From assembly GCF_004376175.1 (NCBI RefSeq), contig NZ_SNUY01000109.1:1-6161 (forward strand): 6,161 nucleotides of DNA, in the 5' to 3' direction. The stretch comes from Halalkalibacterium halodurans. Its GTDB lineage: Bacteria > Bacillota > Bacilli > Bacillales > Bacillaceae_D. A program made the position numbers and the translations under genes. Of the stretch, positions 4,376 to 6,161 are shown in pieces. How positions within the stretch are numbered: position 1 is the first letter of the stretch; the number at the start of each line of letters is the position of its first letter. The notes under the pieces were generated by a model. It saw only the letters and a list, made by a program, of their open reading frames with translations. It had not been told where the DNA came from and did no database searches.

Positions 4376-5827
4376 TTGTACCCTCAAATTCTAACCTATT
4401 TATTAACTTTTATAGACTATCAAGAACAAATTATTCGAACTGTGCTTACTCTTTTGATTGGACAAAGCATGTTCGATAAACCAAAAGAAGCTCCTGTTAA
4501 TCAGCCTTATCGAAAGCTTCTAATTGATGATTTACCTATCCTTGATAAGGTAGAAAAGCTCGCTTATCAGCTTTTATTAACGGAATACCTTCAATCAAAA
4601 GGAAAACCGTTAAAACCAGTACGCCGTCGAGCCAATTCTACGCCCGTACCTTCTGCATTGTGTTGTCCTAAGTGTGGTGCCCCTTCTGCGTATTTGTACG
4701 CAAATAACGGAGGAAAAGGACAATATCAATGTAAGGTGTGTGCGTGTGTTTTCAATAAAAATAGTCGTTATCAGAAAGAGGCCATTCTTAAGTGTCCTCA
4801 CTGCCTTAAACCGCTTGAAAAAATTAAAGAACGAAAAGATTTTCACGTGTTTAAGTGCAAAAATGATATGTGTACCTATTATCAAAAAAACTTGAGCGCC
4901 ATGACCAAAAAAGAGAAAAAACAATTTAAAGAAGATCCACAATCGCTGAAAGTACGCTACATTTACCGGAAGTTCCACATCGACTATCAACCGTTATCAA
5001 AACAATCACCAAAACAGCCAAAAGTCGATTTATCAAGATTGTATGTTTCCCCACATACGCTTGGTCTCATCTTGACGTATCATGTCAATTACGGATTATC
5101 GGCCCGTAACCCGGCCGCGATCAGGAAGGATATTCACGGCGTGTCTGTCTCCCATCAAAGTATCCTAAACTACGAAAACAGCGTCGCATTATGGCTCAAG
5201 CCTTATATCGACTACTTTCCGTATGAGCTCTCGGATCAATTTTGTGGGGATGAAACGTACATCCGTGTCAATGGTCGTTGGCATTATCTGTTTTTATTTT
5301 TTGATGCGGTAAAGAAAGTCATTCTTTCGTATCCTGTATCACCAAATCGAGATACCGCAACAGCGATACGAGCGATTGATGAAGTATTAGTGAAGCTGAA
5401 AGAGATTCCAGAAAATCTACAGTTGGTTGTAGATGGTAATCCAATCTATTTGTTAGCACAGCATTTCTTCGCAGAGAATCAAATATCGTTTGACGTCAAA
5501 CAGGTCATCGGGCTAACAAATGAAGACGATGTCTCTAGAGAGTATCGACCTCTCAAGCAAATCATTGAACGACTAAATCGCACGTTTAAAGGGAATTATC
5601 GTTCGACGCACGGCTTTGGTTCTGAACAGGGATCTGTTTCTTTTGTGACATTGTTTGTGGCTTACTTTAACTTCTTACGTCCACATTCTTCACTCGAAGG
5701 GAAAGTGCCAGTAACAATTCCAGAATTAGAAAAGCTACCAACCATGCCCGCGAGATGGACAACCCTTATTGGATTAGCTCAAGACTGGATTCAACACCAA
5801 CAGTCAGCCGAACTTTTGGTTAGCTGA
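4376..5827 (+). CDS. DDE transposase, IS6/IS240-type catalytic core with an N-terminal double zinc-ribbon extension, 483 aa
   Basis: The core contains GDETYIRVNGRWHYLF (D292), LVVDGNP (D353) and QIIERLNRTFK (E398, K405). The spacing is D-61-D-45-E with K at E+7. The N-terminus contains CCPKC..x18..CKVCAC and CPHC..x17..CKNDMC. The start could be TTG 4376 (preceded by AAAGGA) or ATG 4469. Confidence 0.9.
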   Translation: MYPQILTYLLTFIDYQEQIIRTVLTLLIGQSMFDKPKEAPVNQPYRKLLIDDLPILDKVEKLAYQLLLTEYLQSKGKPLKPVRRRANSTPVPSALCCPKCGAPSAYLYANNGGKGQYQCKVCACVFNKNSRYQKEAILKCPHCLKPLEKIKERKDFHVFKCKNDMCTYYQKNLSAMTKKEKKQFKEDPQSLKVRYIYRKFHIDYQPLSKQSPKQPKVDLSRLYVSPHTLGLILTYHVNYGLSARNPAAIRKDIHGVSVSHQSILNYENSVALWLKPYIDYFPYELSDQFCGDETYIRVNGRWHYLFLFFDAVKKVILSYPVSPNRDTATAIRAIDEVLVKLKEIPENLQLVVDGNPIYLLAQHFFAENQISFDVKQVIGLTNEDDVSREYRPLKQIIERLNRTFKGNYRSTHGFGSEQGSVSFVTLFVAYFNFLRPHSSLEGKVPVTIPELEKLPTMPARWTTLIGLAQDWIQHQQSAELLVS

Positions 5828-5837
5828 GCCCTATTCA

Positions 5838-5987
5838 GCTATCGGCGAAGCGAACTCTTGACAATCCGAACTTGCCAATGGTTTAAAATGGAAAAAGTCA
5901 AGGGTTATTTGGCATGCCTACTTTTGTTCCCTTCGCCCTTGATTGACCTCTGAATAAACCATTGGCGTGTTTGTCAAGAGCGATAGC
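5838..5987. other. Nested inverted-repeat / long-hairpin region in the IS 3' non-coding segment (candidate structured RNA or transposase-binding array)
   Basis: Perfect pairings: 5838-5844/5981-5987 (7 bp), 5855-5864/5971-5980 (10 bp) and 5874-5885/5955-5966 (12 bp). A fourth pairing, 5896-5904/5936-5944, is 9 bp including one G-U. The apical palindrome GGCATGCC is at 5911-5918. Confidence 0.6.
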
Positions 5988-6042
5988 GCGGCCTTTCCAC
6001 CTAATAAATGGTAGGTAGTATGAACCGTGCTAGTTTTTCATA

Positions 6043-6059
6043 GAACTTTTGACACTACC
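6043..6059 (+). repeat. IS right terminal inverted repeat (IRR) GAACTTTTGACACTACC
   Basis: Inverted match to IRL (13/17). It contains a perfect TTGACA at 6049-6054. Confidence 0.7.
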
Positions 6060-6067
6060 TCTTGTGT
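6060..6067. repeat. Right copy of the 8-bp target-site duplication TCTTGTGT; also the spacer between two IS copies
   Basis: Identical to 4228-4235. It lies between the IRR of copy 1 (ends 6059) and the IRL of copy 2 (starts 6068). Confidence 0.7.
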
Positions 6068-6161
6068 CGTATTGTCAAAACTTTATATAAAAATAGGTTA
6101 TTAAATCCTATGTTAGAGGGCTTTATAAGCAAAAAAATTGCCACCCCCTGATTTCTGTAGA
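6068..6161 (+). mobile_element. Left end of a second, directly oriented IS copy (partial; runs off the window)
   Basis: 6060-6161 matches 4228-4329 at 100/102 positions with no indels, at an offset of 1832 bp (IS length plus 8). The mismatches are at 4266/6098 and 4313/6145. Confidence 0.8.

Larger units (their letters stand above)
4236..6059 (+). mobile_element. Insertion sequence, 1824 bp, IS6/IS240-like transposase; atypically long, with a 232-bp non-coding right end
   Basis: The terminal inverted repeats match 13/17 (4236-4252 vs the reverse complement of 6043-6059), with looser similarity to about 30 bp. The element is flanked by the 8-bp direct repeat TCTTGTGT and has a single transposase ORF. 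The right tip reads GGTAGTGTCAAAAGTT inward, reminiscent of IS6-family GG...TGT...AAAGTT ends. Confidence 0.8.

Noticed and set aside
3870-4387. Track ORFs 3870..4175 (-) of 101 aa and 4052..4387 (-) of 111 aa
   Set aside because: They read the peptide locus in the wrong frames. Their shared RRQRE(H/Y)E motif is just the duplicated SD/leader sequence translated out of frame. They have no SD, run through the terminator hairpin and the IS end, and overlap each other. The two short SD-preceded ORFs explain the region better.
4610-4990. ORFs 4610..4990 (-) and 4674..4895 (+) inside the transposase gene
   Set aside because: They are embedded in, or antisense to, the transposase frame and show no independent coding signals.
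4337-6035. Alternative IS boundaries at GGTTACCATAC (4337) and the reverse complement GGTTCATAC (about 6024-6035)
   Set aside because: The inverted match is weak and gapped, and the flanking 8-mers differ (ataattga vs gtgctagt). The 4236/6059 boundaries have a better inverted repeat and a perfect 8-bp duplication.
1-6161. Scan for CRISPR arrays, tRNA or rRNA genes
   Set aside because: No regularly spaced direct repeats and no cloverleaf-like or rRNA-like segments were seen. The only long repeats are explained by the IS copies.

Overview
Firmicutes (Bacillus-like) chromosomal window in two parts, read by eye without database searches, so family names come from motif recognition.

Positions 1-3230 are mostly higher-GC core genes:
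- rlmH (minus strand).
- A small CxxH/CxxC protein gene.
- A dense DnaA-box cluster with three perfect TTATCCACA boxes, next to rlmH.
- A GyrI-like gene broken by two -1 frameshifts.
- A translationally coupled operon (minus strand) encoding an acidic LPKTA surface protein and a class D sortase.

Positions 3240-6161 look AT-richer and accessory:
- A small 3-TM membrane protein.
- Two tandem paralogous small ORFs (43 and 44 aa). They are absent from the ORF track and encode peptides with a signal-peptide-like N-terminus.
- A 1824-bp insertion sequence at 4236-6059 with an IS6/IS240-type DDE transposase and a long zinc-ribbon N-terminal extension. It has imperfect terminal inverted repeats and an 8-bp target duplication (TCTTGTGT).
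- The start of a second, head-to-tail IS copy at 6068, running off the window.

The IS carries an unusually long (232 bp) non-coding right end. It contains nested perfect 10-12 bp inverted repeats and internal copies of the terminal-repeat core. A diverged copy of this right end also sits at window positions 1-125.

No rRNA, tRNA or CRISPR array was seen.
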